This document shows positions 8,029-16,520 of a stretch of 26,741 nucleotides of DNA, piece by piece. The notes beneath the pieces are model-generated. The model did no database searches and was not told where the DNA came from. It saw only the letters and a program-made list of their open reading frames with translations. This DNA comes from Candidatus Methanomethylicia archaeon (GTDB taxonomy: Archaea; Thermoproteota; Methanomethylicia; Nezhaarchaeales; B40-G2), in contig JAPDJI010000043.1 of the NCBI GenBank assembly GCA_029259155.1, positions 1-26,741 on the forward strand. Direction: 5' to 3'. A program made the translations under genes and the position numbers. Position 1 is the stretch's first letter, and each line of letters opens with the position of its first letter.

Positions 8029-10554
8029 TTATTCGTATAGGTCTTCTTCGAGGCCAACGTTCATTTGAGGTAACTTGCCGTGTGTCTGTAAGTATTGCTG
8101 CAATAGTTCGCTCTCGCGTGATGTGAACATCTTAGCCTCCTCCCACATGAAGTACTTGGCTTGAGGCGTTGTCTCGATGAGTTGCAATAGTTCCTGTTTC
8201 ATGTTGGCGGTCCCCTTGATGTATATGACCTCTTTATTAGCGTCTAGTAGTTGAAGCACGCCTTCTGTTTCAGGGACAACTTCAAGGTTTTCCCTTGTGA
8301 ACTCTATCCATTTCTCTGGGGGTAGGGTTACTTGGGTGATGTAGAACCTGAGGTCGCACCTTAAGCATCGTTTAGCTTCATCTAAAGCTGCTTTATCTTC
8401 AAAGCATAGCTCAACTGGCTTAAACGTTGATCTACGTTCCTCTAAGGGTGGACGCGGTGTAGCTACCCTAGGCCAATAGCCGAATTTCTCGTCCCTCCCT
8501 AGCCATGGGCTTGGAGGCTCTGCTGGGGCTAAAGCTAAGTCTATGACGCCGTCTCCTCCTAGGTACTTATCAATGCTTGAAGCTGCTTTTCGTCCAGCGG
8601 CTATGGCCTCTATCACCGAGGCTGGCCCGGTGACAACGTCCCCTCCTGCGAAGAGGCCTTTAACGTTGGTCTCCATAGTGTCAGGCTTAACCTCTATGGT
8701 TCCTTTTCTTGAAAGCTTCAAGTTCAAGGAGCTTGGTATGAATGAGGTGTCCACTTCTTGGCCTATGGCCGGTATGACAGTTTCCACTTCAAGCAGGAAC
8801 TCTGAGCCTTTAATGGGGATTGGTCTACGTCTACCTCCAGCGTCAGGCTCGCCTAGCTCCATCTTGATGAGCTCAATACCCGTTACCTTGCCTTCGCTTC
8901 CTATGATTTTTGTGGGCGCAACGAGGAACATGAACTTCACACCTTCCTCCTCCGCTTCAGCTACCTCCATCGGGTGGGCTGGCATCTCTTTGCGCGTCCT
9001 ACGGTATGCCACTATGACCTCTTCGGCACCTAGCCGTAGAGCGGTCCTAGCACAGTCTATGGCTGTATTGCCTCCTCCTATAACCACGGTTTTACGTCCG
9101 ACCTCAACCTTATCGCCGAGGCTTACCTTCCTAAGGAACTCCAACGCAAAGATTACTCCATGTAGGTCTTCGCCCTCTATGCCTAGCTTAGCGCTACGCT
9201 GAGCTCCTGTAGCAACGAAGACAGCGTCGTACTCTTTTAGGAGCTTGGATACATCGTCTACTACCTCGCTCAGCCTTATTTCTACGCCTAATGCCTCGAT
9301 CTCCTTTATCTCAGCCTCTAGAACCTCTCTCGGCAGTCTGTACTTGGGTATAGCTAACGCTAGCATTCCTCCTGGTAGAGGCTGTGCTTCGTAGACGGTG
9401 ACTTTGTGGCCCTTCAAGGCTAAGAAGTAAGCTGCAGTCAACCCTGCTGGGCCAGCTCCCACTATGGCCACCTTCTTCCCAGTGGGGGGCATCGGTTTAA
9501 TCCTTGTCTTCCATTTATCCCCTCCGCGTTCAGCAGCGTAGCGTTTAAGCCCTCTTATGGCTATAGGCTCGTTCACCAGCCCTCTTCTACATTTATCTTC
9601 ACATGGCCTCATACATACGTAGCCTAGAACTCCGGGGAAGGGGACTTTCTCTCTGACCACGGCTAAAGCTTCGTCCGGCTTACCTTCGGCTATAAACCTA
9701 ACGTAGCGAGGGACGTCTATGCCAGCTGGACAAGTATATTTACATGGTATGAGGCTTTCTTCACGCTTAGCTGGATCTATATCCTTGTCTAGCAGCGCTC
9801 CCGTGGGGCAAACCTCGACGCAGGCGCCACAGAACTTACAGCCTGAGTCCTTTAAGGTTGGAGCGATGGTCCCTACTACAACCCTTCCATCGACGAAGGT
9901 GAAAGCCAATGCACCTACTCCTCTAACCTCTTTACAAACTCTAACGCAACGCGTACACCCTATGCATAGGTTATAGTCTCTCAGGAAGAGAGGTTCGTCC
10001 TTAACGACCGGGAGCCCTTCGAAGGTATACTTAGGAGTCTCAGGCGAGATGCCTACGTAGTCTGCTACTTTGCCTAGCTCACATCTGCCTAAGAGTATGC
10101 AGCATCTTTCATCTTGGGGCACGTTGAGCGTGCACCTTAACCTATCACAGCCTTCACGGTTAGTGCAGGTTAAACAAGCGTGAGGATGTGTAGCCAGTAT
10201 TTTAGCTAGGTTCTTTCGCCTAGCTTCGATGATTTCAGGGGTATTGGTGTACACCACCATTCCTTCAGAGACCTGGGTATTACAAGCCCTAACAAGCTCG
10301 CTTACTCCCTCTACCTTTACTAAACAGAGCTGGCACCCCTCATACTCCTTACCTGCCTCCCCCTTTACTTCCTGGCCATCCCTATAGACTACTTCAGAGG
10401 AAAGCATAGATCCGCTTACGGGAGGTAGATCGGGATGGTAACATAGGTGTGGTATGTATATGCCTGCGTTAAGAGCTGCTTGGAGGATGGTTTGTCCGGG
10501 TAGGGCTTCTACTTCAACACCGTCTATAATAATTTTAATTTTTTCTTCAGACAT
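8029..10554 (-). CDS. bzdV: BzdV-like multi-Fe-S FAD/NAD(P)H oxidoreductase (NuoG/HydA-like Fe-S N-terminus fused to a GltD-like domain)
   Basis: [2Fe-2S] ligands HLC...GCQLC...RAC; His-ligated cluster HPHACLTC; 2x[4Fe-4S] CIGCTRCVRVC and CKFCGACVEVCP. GltD Cys motifs PCKYTCP and VCMRPCEDKC; FAD site GAGPAG; NAD(P) site GGGNTA...YRR. Follows bzdNOPQM as in the Azoarcus bzd cluster. Confidence 0.8.
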   Translation of the reverse strand: MSEEKIKIIIDGVEVEALPGQTILQAALNAGIYIPHLCYHPDLPPVSGSMLSSEVVYRDGQEVKGEAGKEYEGCQLCLVKVEGVSELVRACNTQVSEGMVVYTNTPEIIEARRKNLAKILATHPHACLTCTNREGCDRLRCTLNVPQDERCCILLGRCELGKVADYVGISPETPKYTFEGLPVVKDEPLFLRDYNLCIGCTRCVRVCKEVRGVGALAFTFVDGRVVVGTIAPTLKDSGCKFCGACVEVCPTGALLDKDIDPAKREESLIPCKYTCPAGIDVPRYVRFIAEGKPDEALAVVREKVPFPGVLGYVCMRPCEDKCRRGLVNEPIAIRGLKRYAAERGGDKWKTRIKPMPPTGKKVAIVGAGPAGLTAAYFLALKGHKVTVYEAQPLPGGMLALAIPKYRLPREVLEAEIKEIEALGVEIRLSEVVDDVSKLLKEYDAVFVATGAQRSAKLGIEGEDLHGVIFALEFLRKVSLGDKVEVGRKTVVIGGGNTAIDCARTALRLGAEEVIVAYRRTRKEMPAHPMEVAEAEEEGVKFMFLVAPTKIIGSEGKVTGIELIKMELGEPDAGGRRRPIPIKGSEFLLEVETVIPAIGQEVDTSFIPSSLNLKLSRKGTIEVKPDTMETNVKGLFAGGDVVTGPASVIEAIAAGRKAASSIDKYLGGDGVIDLALAPAEPPSPWLGRDEKFGYWPRVATPRPPLEERRSTFKPVELCFEDKAALDEAKRCLRCDLRFYITQVTLPPEKWIEFTRENLEVVPETEGVLQLLDANKEVIYIKGTANMKQELLQLIETTPQAKYFMWEEAKMFTSRESELLQQYLQTHGKLPQMNVGLEEDLYE

Positions 10555-10603
10555 GCAAACACCTACCTACGAAATGGTTGAGGGTAATCATACGAACTTG
10601 AAA

Positions 10604-10619
10604 TAAAAAATCGGGGAGG
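10604..10619 (-). terminator. Putative internal U-tract terminator after bzdM
   Basis: Minus strand CCTCCCCGATTTTTTA, 2 nt after the stop codon. Confidence 0.45.
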
Positions 10620-10621
10620 TT

Positions 10622-10906
10622 TTACCAGCTATGTTCTATGGCTTCTTTAGGGCATGCAGCGATGCAGGGAGGTGTGACTTGTTTGCCTACAGGTTTACAG
10701 GGGCCGCAGGTGTACTTTAACTTCCAGCGATGCTCCTCCTTGACCGCAGCCATCATGCCTCCCTCAATGTCGTAGTCGTTAGGGACCACTTCCAGCACTC
10801 CTTGGGGACATGCTTCGACGCACTTGCCGCATCCATCGCACTTGTCGGTGTCAATTATTATGAAGTAGGCCCCCGATCCATCTCTGTAGCCGTAGTGAGC
10901 TTTCAT
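10622..10906 (-). CDS. bzdM: 2x[4Fe-4S] ferredoxin of the benzoyl-CoA reductase system
   Basis: CDGCGKCVEACP plus CGPC-x10-CIAACP. N-terminal YGYRDGSGxYFIxIDTDKC is typical of BzdM-type ferredoxins; immediately after bzdQ. Confidence 0.88.
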   Translation of the reverse strand: MKAHYGYRDGSGAYFIIIDTDKCDGCGKCVEACPQGVLEVVPNDYDIEGGMMAAVKEEHRWKLKYTCGPCKPVGKQVTPPCIAACPKEAIEHSW

Positions 10907-10917
10907 GGTTTACCCGC

Positions 10918-11808
10918 TCACGCTTTCCTCTCACGCTCGTATAGCGCCTTAGCGAAGAGGGCCGCTCCTATAGCTCCCGCTGCCACCGGGTCGTATCCTG
11001 GCTTAGTGGGGTTAGGCAAAGGTTGTAGTCCTAGTAGCCTCGACACTCTCGTTACGATACCTATGTTCTTTGACTGTCCTCCGGTTACTACTAGGTCTTT
11101 CTCGACGCCTAGCCTTTCAAGGAGCTCGACCATTCTCATAGCCATGGCTATGTGGTAAGCAGCAGCTACTCTTTCCTTAGGCCACCCCTGCCTTAGTAGG
11201 GCGGTAGCCTCGTTCCTAGCAAACACTACGCATGTGTTGCTGACCGGTGGAGGCTCCTCTTTTACGCTTAGTGAGAGGTGCCCTATATCCTGGATGGGTA
11301 CGCCGAGCAGGTCTGAGAAGACCTCCATCCCACGTCCTGTACCAGCAGCGCATTTATCGTTCATTAGGAAGGATATTACCTTGCCCTTCTCGTCGCACCT
11401 GATGGCCTTAACGTCCTGCCCTCCTACATCTAAGATTGTTCTAACAGAAGATCCCCATAGGAAGTTGGCGCCTCTGGCGTGACAGGCTATCTCTGTTATT
11501 GCTCTCTTAGCGAAGGGCACGTTTACTCTACCGTACCCTGTACCGACCACGTAGTGTATGTCTTCAAGCTTCATCCCTGTGGCCTCTAGGATCCAGCTAA
11601 TGGCCTTAATGGCGCTGTCTGAACTGCTGGACCCTGTCCTCATGTAGTCATAGGCATAGATTTCCCCATCTACGAGTATGGCTGCCTTGGAGCTAACGGA
11701 GCCTACGTCCACGCCGGCAGTTATCACCTTCCCCTTGGTCCAGTCTATGTCGGGGTTCACCCACCTATACTCAGGCCACCTCCAATACTCCTTCTTCTCC
11801 TCAGACAT
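10918..11808 (-). CDS. bzdQ: Benzoyl-CoA reductase, bzd-type, ATPase subunit Q
   Basis: ASKHA ATPase GVDVGSVSSKA, GTGYGR, TEIACHARG, DVGGQD, NDKCAAGTG and NTCVVFA. Trp-rich N-terminal extension YWRWPE is characteristic of BzdQ. Confidence 0.92.
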   Translation of the reverse strand: MSEEKKEYWRWPEYRWVNPDIDWTKGKVITAGVDVGSVSSKAAILVDGEIYAYDYMRTGSSSSDSAIKAISWILEATGMKLEDIHYVVGTGYGRVNVPFAKRAITEIACHARGANFLWGSSVRTILDVGGQDVKAIRCDEKGKVISFLMNDKCAAGTGRGMEVFSDLLGVPIQDIGHLSLSVKEEPPPVSNTCVVFARNEATALLRQGWPKERVAAAYHIAMAMRMVELLERLGVEKDLVVTGGQSKNIGIVTRVSRLLGLQPLPNPTKPGYDPVAAGAIGAALFAKALYERERKA

Positions 11809-11842
11809 TTAACCACCTCCCATGAGCTTAAGGAAGGATGGG

Positions 11843-11858
11843 TAAAAAATCAAGGAGG
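11843..11858 (-). terminator. Putative internal U-tract terminator after bzdP
   Basis: Minus strand CCTCCTTGATTTTTTA, 7 nt after the stop; 14/16 identical to the element after bzdM. Confidence 0.45.
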
Positions 11859-11865
11859 CTATCAC

Positions 11866-12648
11866 CTACTCCTTCTTAGCTGCTAGCAGGGCGGCTCCAA
11901 GGGCTCCTACGTACTCGGGCTCCGGCGGCACGACGATGTCGGTGGCCAGCTCCTTCTTCAAGGCCTCGACGAACGCCACGTTCTTGGCGACGCCGCCTAT
12001 CAACACTACGTCCTTCTCGATGCCCACCCTCCTGACCATGGAGGCGATCCTGGCGGCCATGGAGTCAGTTATGGCCTTGGCTATGTCCTCCTTCGGCGTG
12101 CGCTCGTGGATGAGCGTGACCACCTCGCTCTCAGCGAACACGGTGCACTGGGCGTTCATGGGTATGGTCCTCGTGGACTTTAGGGCCAGCGGCCCCATGT
12201 CTTCGAGCCTGACCTCTAGGGCCCTCGCCATGGCCTCGACGAAGGTCCCAGCGCCGGCGGCGCACCTCTCGTTGATCACGAAGTCCTTGACCGCGCCCTT
12301 CTCGTCGCACCTCAGGGCCCTGCCCTCCTCGGCGCCCACGTCGATGACAGTGCGGGCAGCTGGGTGGACGGACACAGCCCCCATGGCGGCGGCGGTGACC
12401 TCAGTGACCTCGCGGTCGGCTGAGATGGGGGGCTCAAGGCATACCTTCCTGCCTACGCCTGTGGCCACTAGGCCTGCTAGGTCCTTGCGCGAGATCCCCG
12501 CCTGCTTCAAGGCGGCGTTGAGCGCCTCCTCGGCGGACTGCTTCTGCTCGAAGCCGGTGATGGTTATTGCCTTGGCCAGCACCTTGGAGCCGTCCATTAT
12601 CACCGCCTTAACCGTCCTCGCGCCGAGGTCTATCCCAGCCGTAACCAT
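11866..12648 (-). CDS. bzdP: Benzoyl-CoA reductase, bzd-type, ATPase subunit P
   Basis: GIDLGARTVK, ATGVGR, DVGAEEGRA (AEE variant typical of the P subunit), NERCAAGAG and NAQCTVFAESE; located between O and Q. Confidence 0.88.
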   Translation of the reverse strand: MVTAGIDLGARTVKAVIMDGSKVLAKAITITGFEQKQSAEEALNAALKQAGISRKDLAGLVATGVGRKVCLEPPISADREVTEVTAAAMGAVSVHPAARTVIDVGAEEGRALRCDEKGAVKDFVINERCAAGAGTFVEAMARALEVRLEDMGPLALKSTRTIPMNAQCTVFAESEVVTLIHERTPKEDIAKAITDSMAARIASMVRRVGIEKDVVLIGGVAKNVAFVEALKKELATDIVVPPEPEYVGALGAALLAAKKE

Positions 12649-12661
12649 CCCATCTCACCCC

Positions 12662-14026
12662 CTACTCCTTCTTTATCTTGGATAAGCCCAAGCTCTCCAT
12701 GAACATGTCGAACCTCGCCAGCGTCCTGGGCATGTCGAACTCCCTCTCATCACCCATGTTACCCTCGAACGCCATGACTGGTATGCCTGCCCTCAGGATG
12801 TCCAAGCGGTTTTGAGTTATGTGTACCGATAACCCTTCACATCCTCGGTTGTAGTGTAGCGCGACGCCGTCGAGCTTCCATTGCTTAGCTATCTTGATGA
12901 TGAGCTCGCTCTTCACCCTTGGATTGAAGAAGTGAGGCCACTCAGGTTTGTTTAACATCCACTCCGCGTACATGCGTACGGCTGTTTCTCTATCTTTAAG
13001 CGCACTCTTTGGAGGCACCGTCTTGGGCCCTAATGAGCCGTCTTCCTTAACCTCCCACATCCCTATGAGGCCGAAGGTGTAAAGTGAGCCCACCGATACG
13101 CATCCGTATTCGCGCTCTAGGTAGCGGAAGATGGATAGGAAGCCCCATGGAGGCTGGGTATCGGTTATGATCCTACATCTCTCGTGTGCACACGCTGCTA
13201 TGCCTCTGCGGACCCTGTCTTTAACTTCGGCCAAGAGCTTTTCATAGAAGTCTACGCACTCCTTCTTATGCTTCATCAAGGTGCCAAGCACGTATAGCGA
13301 GTACATGCTTTTCTCGTCGAGCGGGGCTGGAACGTTAGCGTTCCAGACGCAGATCTCGGCCCATAGGCTGGTGGAGCGCATCTCATTGTATATGGCGTCT
13401 ATCATCTTCTTATCGTCGAAGCGCCTACCGGTAACCTTCTCCAGCCACTCTATGCCGTCTAAGAGCTGCCTAGTCACGTACTCTAGGCGCCAGTCGGTTA
13501 GCTCGTCGTGTAGGTTGGGTATGTGTGAACCTACCGATACGTCGATGCAGTACATAGGTATGTCCTTGCCCTTCACCTTCTTCTCGATCTCTCGGAGTAC
13601 TTGATACCACTTGGCGTGGCTGCAGCATATATGGTCCTGCCATATGAAGTCGGGGGTGGGGAACCCCTTAACTATCCTCCCGTCGGCTAAGATGTATTCA
13701 TCTCGTAGAGCAGATCCCCAGTAGTTGCGCATGTAGGCACAAAGGTCACGTGCGTAGCCAGCTGCCTCGCTGGCTTCCTGGCACTTCATGGCGAACTCCT
13801 TGAAGAAGGCGATGGTTGCTCCGTAGGGCTCGCTTGTGATGCAGTAAACGTCGTCCCCTAAGCCGTCAGGTATAGCGCTGAAGCTCCAAGCTCCTCCAGC
13901 CCACCTAATAGCTCCCTTCTCATGGGCGGTTAGGTAGTCCTCGTAGTACTTTCTCCTGAGAGCTTTTGCCTCATCCCAGCACTTAAGGGGTTCTGTTGGG
14001 TAATCAGGTATATCTTTCCTAACCAT
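12662..14026 (-). CDS. bzdO: Benzoyl-CoA reductase, bzd-type, subunit O (HgdA/B family)
   Basis: YPTEPLKCW N-terminus, SEPYGA, RDLCAYMRNYWG, HICCSHAKWYQ, HYNRGCEG and FEGNMGDEREFD. Confidence 0.92.
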   Translation of the reverse strand: MVRKDIPDYPTEPLKCWDEAKALRRKYYEDYLTAHEKGAIRWAGGAWSFSAIPDGLGDDVYCITSEPYGATIAFFKEFAMKCQEASEAAGYARDLCAYMRNYWGSALRDEYILADGRIVKGFPTPDFIWQDHICCSHAKWYQVLREIEKKVKGKDIPMYCIDVSVGSHIPNLHDELTDWRLEYVTRQLLDGIEWLEKVTGRRFDDKKMIDAIYNEMRSTSLWAEICVWNANVPAPLDEKSMYSLYVLGTLMKHKKECVDFYEKLLAEVKDRVRRGIAACAHERCRIITDTQPPWGFLSIFRYLEREYGCVSVGSLYTFGLIGMWEVKEDGSLGPKTVPPKSALKDRETAVRMYAEWMLNKPEWPHFFNPRVKSELIIKIAKQWKLDGVALHYNRGCEGLSVHITQNRLDILRAGIPVMAFEGNMGDEREFDMPRTLARFDMFMESLGLSKIKKE

Positions 14027-14046
14027 TCACGACCACCTCCATAAAC

Positions 14047-15222
14047 TTAAAACAATTCTTCGATCCCTCCTAGGGCTTCGAAGAAAGCTTCTACTCTAGT
14101 CCTAAACTGGCCCCAAGGCACCGTTACGTCGAGCTCGAGGAAGTACATCGATATTCCCATGTCCCTAAGCGCGTTCCTCACCGCTACAACGTCAAGCTCA
14201 TGTGGGTCGCAGTACTTGTACTGTAGGTATAGGGCTCCTTGGACGTTCCATTCCTTGGCTAGCCTCTTTATGTGTTCAAGCCTCCATCTTTCAGGCCAGT
14301 CCTTAGCTGGGCAAGGTATCCTCTTCAGGATGTAGCGCTCAGCTAGAGCCATCATCCTATCAGGCTTTTCAGGTACATCGCCCCAGAAGTACCTCATCCC
14401 CGTACACTGGTCGTCTACGACCACGGTGGAGCCTAGGTCCTCGACTTTATGAATGAAATCTACGTGGTCGTTGAGGCTGCTAAGTGTCATTAGCCTGAAC
14501 CCTGTTTGACGGTCAAGCTTCCTGTCTGGTAGGAGCTTGAGCAGCTGCTCGAGTTTATCTACGTACTCTCTTTTATCGCTGTACATAGCGGCTAGCACGG
14601 TGTAGAGGGCTTCGGTGCCTGTTATCGGTGGGTTGTCGCGCTTCCTATACTCGTAAAGCTGGTTTAAGAGCTGGCGTGTCTTGTTCATTAGCTTGATGCC
14701 TTTATCGATGTCAGCGTCGCTCAGCGTCTTGCCGATCCATTTCTCCACCGCTTTCTTGAACTCGGCTATCTCAGCAGCCATGTAGGGGACGGCTGGCGGA
14801 TTTTGGACGCCGTGGGGGACGTAAATGTAATGCATGAACTCGTAGTCCTTGCCTCTATCCTCCTTCATGAACAGCCTCCATGCATTGTAGGCCTGCCTCA
14901 TGTGGATGCAGGACTGGCCTATACATATGCCGTCGAGGTAGTCGTAGAGCCCTATGAAGCCTTGGGCACAGCAGTCTCGGCAGAGGGGGCAGAACATGGA
15001 GTAAATGTAGGGCTCGACAAAGCTCATGCCTTCTAGGGAGTGCCCTGGAGCTACCCTTACGGGAAGTATGTTGTCGGCTGCATAGAAGATCTCCTCCGGA
15101 GTATAGGTGCAGAAGTACCCTACAACCTTGCCGTTGGTTCGTTCCTTCCAAGCCTTAGCGTACTCGTGTCGCTTTTCTACTATGTCCTTGAACTCGGCCA
15201 AAATATCCTCTACATTAACCAT
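14047..15222 (-). CDS. bzdN: Benzoyl-CoA reductase, bzd-type, subunit N (HgdA/B family)
   Basis: RHEYAKAWKERT, GYFCTYTPEE, MFCPLCRDC, DDQCTGMRYF, CPAKDWPER, KYCDPHELD and GQFRTRVEAF; GGAGGAGTGG RBS. Confidence 0.92.
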   Translation of the reverse strand: MVNVEDILAEFKDIVEKRHEYAKAWKERTNGKVVGYFCTYTPEEIFYAADNILPVRVAPGHSLEGMSFVEPYIYSMFCPLCRDCCAQGFIGLYDYLDGICIGQSCIHMRQAYNAWRLFMKEDRGKDYEFMHYIYVPHGVQNPPAVPYMAAEIAEFKKAVEKWIGKTLSDADIDKGIKLMNKTRQLLNQLYEYRKRDNPPITGTEALYTVLAAMYSDKREYVDKLEQLLKLLPDRKLDRQTGFRLMTLSSLNDHVDFIHKVEDLGSTVVVDDQCTGMRYFWGDVPEKPDRMMALAERYILKRIPCPAKDWPERWRLEHIKRLAKEWNVQGALYLQYKYCDPHELDVVAVRNALRDMGISMYFLELDVTVPWGQFRTRVEAFFEALGGIEELF

Positions 15223-15265
15223 GGACCACTCCTCCCATAGCCCAAATGCCCAAGCTCCTTTAGCC

Positions 15266-15273
15266 TATATAAG
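15266..15273 (-). promoter_or_regulatory. Putative TATA box of the bzdN operon
   Basis: CTTATATA on the minus strand preceded by A-rich CAAAATT, about 45 nt upstream of the bzdN ATG. Confidence 0.55.
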
Positions 15274-15290
15274 AATTTTGAATGTACTGT

Positions 15291-15306
15291 TTATAGAGCT
15301 CTATAA
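15291..15306. promoter_or_regulatory. Perfect 16-bp palindrome, candidate transcription-factor site in the divergent promoter region
   Basis: TTATAGAGCTCTATAA is its own reverse complement. Confidence 0.5.
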
Positions 15307-15383
15307 CTCGCATCGAGAGGTGAAGCCAGTTTTAAAGATTCCACCTAAAAGGTTCTATTTCTAATTACTTGGCTTAGAGAGGC

Positions 15384-15400
15384 AAAGAAAAGTTATAAGT
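15384..15400 (+). promoter_or_regulatory. Putative BRE/TATA promoter of the dehydrogenase operon
   Basis: AAAGAAAAG followed by TTATAAGT, 35 nt upstream of ATG 15436; AGGTG RBS. Confidence 0.6.
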
Positions 15401-15435
15401 AAACACGACTCCTACCAACTTATAGGTGCTTTGGG

Positions 15436-16452
15436 ATGAAAGCTGCCGTGTTTTATGGCCCTAATCAGCCCTTAAAGGTCGAGGAGTACCCTACACCTAA
15501 GGTTGGACCTGGAGAAGCTTTAGTGAAGGTAGCTGCTTGCGGTGTATGCCACACCGACATGCATTACTTGAAGGGTGTCCCTACATTTAAGAAGCCACCT
15601 ATGATCCTCGGCCACGAGATCTCAGGTACCGTGGCTGAGGTAGGTGAAGGAGTGACAGCGGTAAAGCCCGGTGACCGGGTGCTAGTACCTGCCATACTCC
15701 CATGCGGCAGGTGCTACTACTGTAGAATTGGGAGAGAGAACATTTGCCTCAACTTGTTGATGGTGGGGAACCACGTCGATGGCGGCTATGCTGAGTACAT
15801 AAAGGTGCCCGCTAAGGACCTCATACCGCTGCCAAGCGAAATTCCTCTTCAGGAAGGCGCTATCATAGCAGACGCTATCACAAGCCCTTACGCCGCCGTG
15901 GTTCGCAGGGCAGAGCTTAAGCCAGGTGAAACTGTGGCGGTGTGGGGCGCTACAGGAGGCTTAGGCCTTAACGTCGTGCAGATTGCAAGTGCTCTAGGAG
16001 GCAAGGTTATAGCGCTTGGGCGGAGGGAAGAAAACCTGAAGCTCGCGAAGGAGCTTGGAGCATGGGAGACCATAAACCTCAAGGAGGACAAGGAGCCTGT
16101 AAGGACCGTTAGGAGACTTACCGGAGGAGGCGCAGACGTGGCATTTGATGTTACCGGTGTACCTCAAGTAATAGAGCAGGCCTTTGAGAGCATTAAGCAA
16201 GGAGGAAGGTTTATCGTTGTTGGCTACTCCGATAAACCCATTACCATCAACGCCGGCAGGATAATGTTCAGGGAGCTGGAGATAAGGGGAGTCATGGGCT
16301 GTAGGCCCATCGATTACTACGGAGCAATAGAGCTTGTAAGGTCAGGCAAGATAAGGCTGCTTGTCTCGCATAAGCTTCCTTTAGAGCAGATAAATGAAGC
16401 CTTTAAGCTCCTCGAGGAAGGCAAGGTCACGAGGGCTATCGTAACTCCATAG
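15436..16452 (+). CDS. Zn-dependent MDR alcohol dehydrogenase; probable 6-hydroxycyclohex-1-ene-1-carbonyl-CoA dehydrogenase (Had/BzdX-like)
   Basis: CGVCHTD, LGHEISG, structural Zn CGRCYYC...C, IADAITSPY, RIMFRE and MGCRP. The specific function is inferred from context. Confidence 0.7.
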   Translation: MKAAVFYGPNQPLKVEEYPTPKVGPGEALVKVAACGVCHTDMHYLKGVPTFKKPPMILGHEISGTVAEVGEGVTAVKPGDRVLVPAILPCGRCYYCRIGRENICLNLLMVGNHVDGGYAEYIKVPAKDLIPLPSEIPLQEGAIIADAITSPYAAVVRRAELKPGETVAVWGATGGLGLNVVQIASALGGKVIALGRREENLKLAKELGAWETINLKEDKEPVRTVRRLTGGGADVAFDVTGVPQVIEQAFESIKQGGRFIVVGYSDKPITINAGRIMFRELEIRGVMGCRPIDYYGAIELVRSGKIRLLVSHKLPLEQINEAFKLLEEGKVTRAIVTP

Positions 16453-16520
16453 TTCTGCTCCTCTTTTTTGTTGATTGATTAAGTAAGCCTTATAAGAGCT
16501 GTTGTTGCTAGCTTAGCTCG

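Noticed and set aside
8543-9202. 219-aa plus-strand ORF
   Set aside because: Antisense shadow of bzdV; Ser/Pro/Thr-rich with no motifs.
11936-12685. 249-aa plus-strand ORF
   Set aside because: Antisense shadow of bzdP, kept open by that gene's high GC3.
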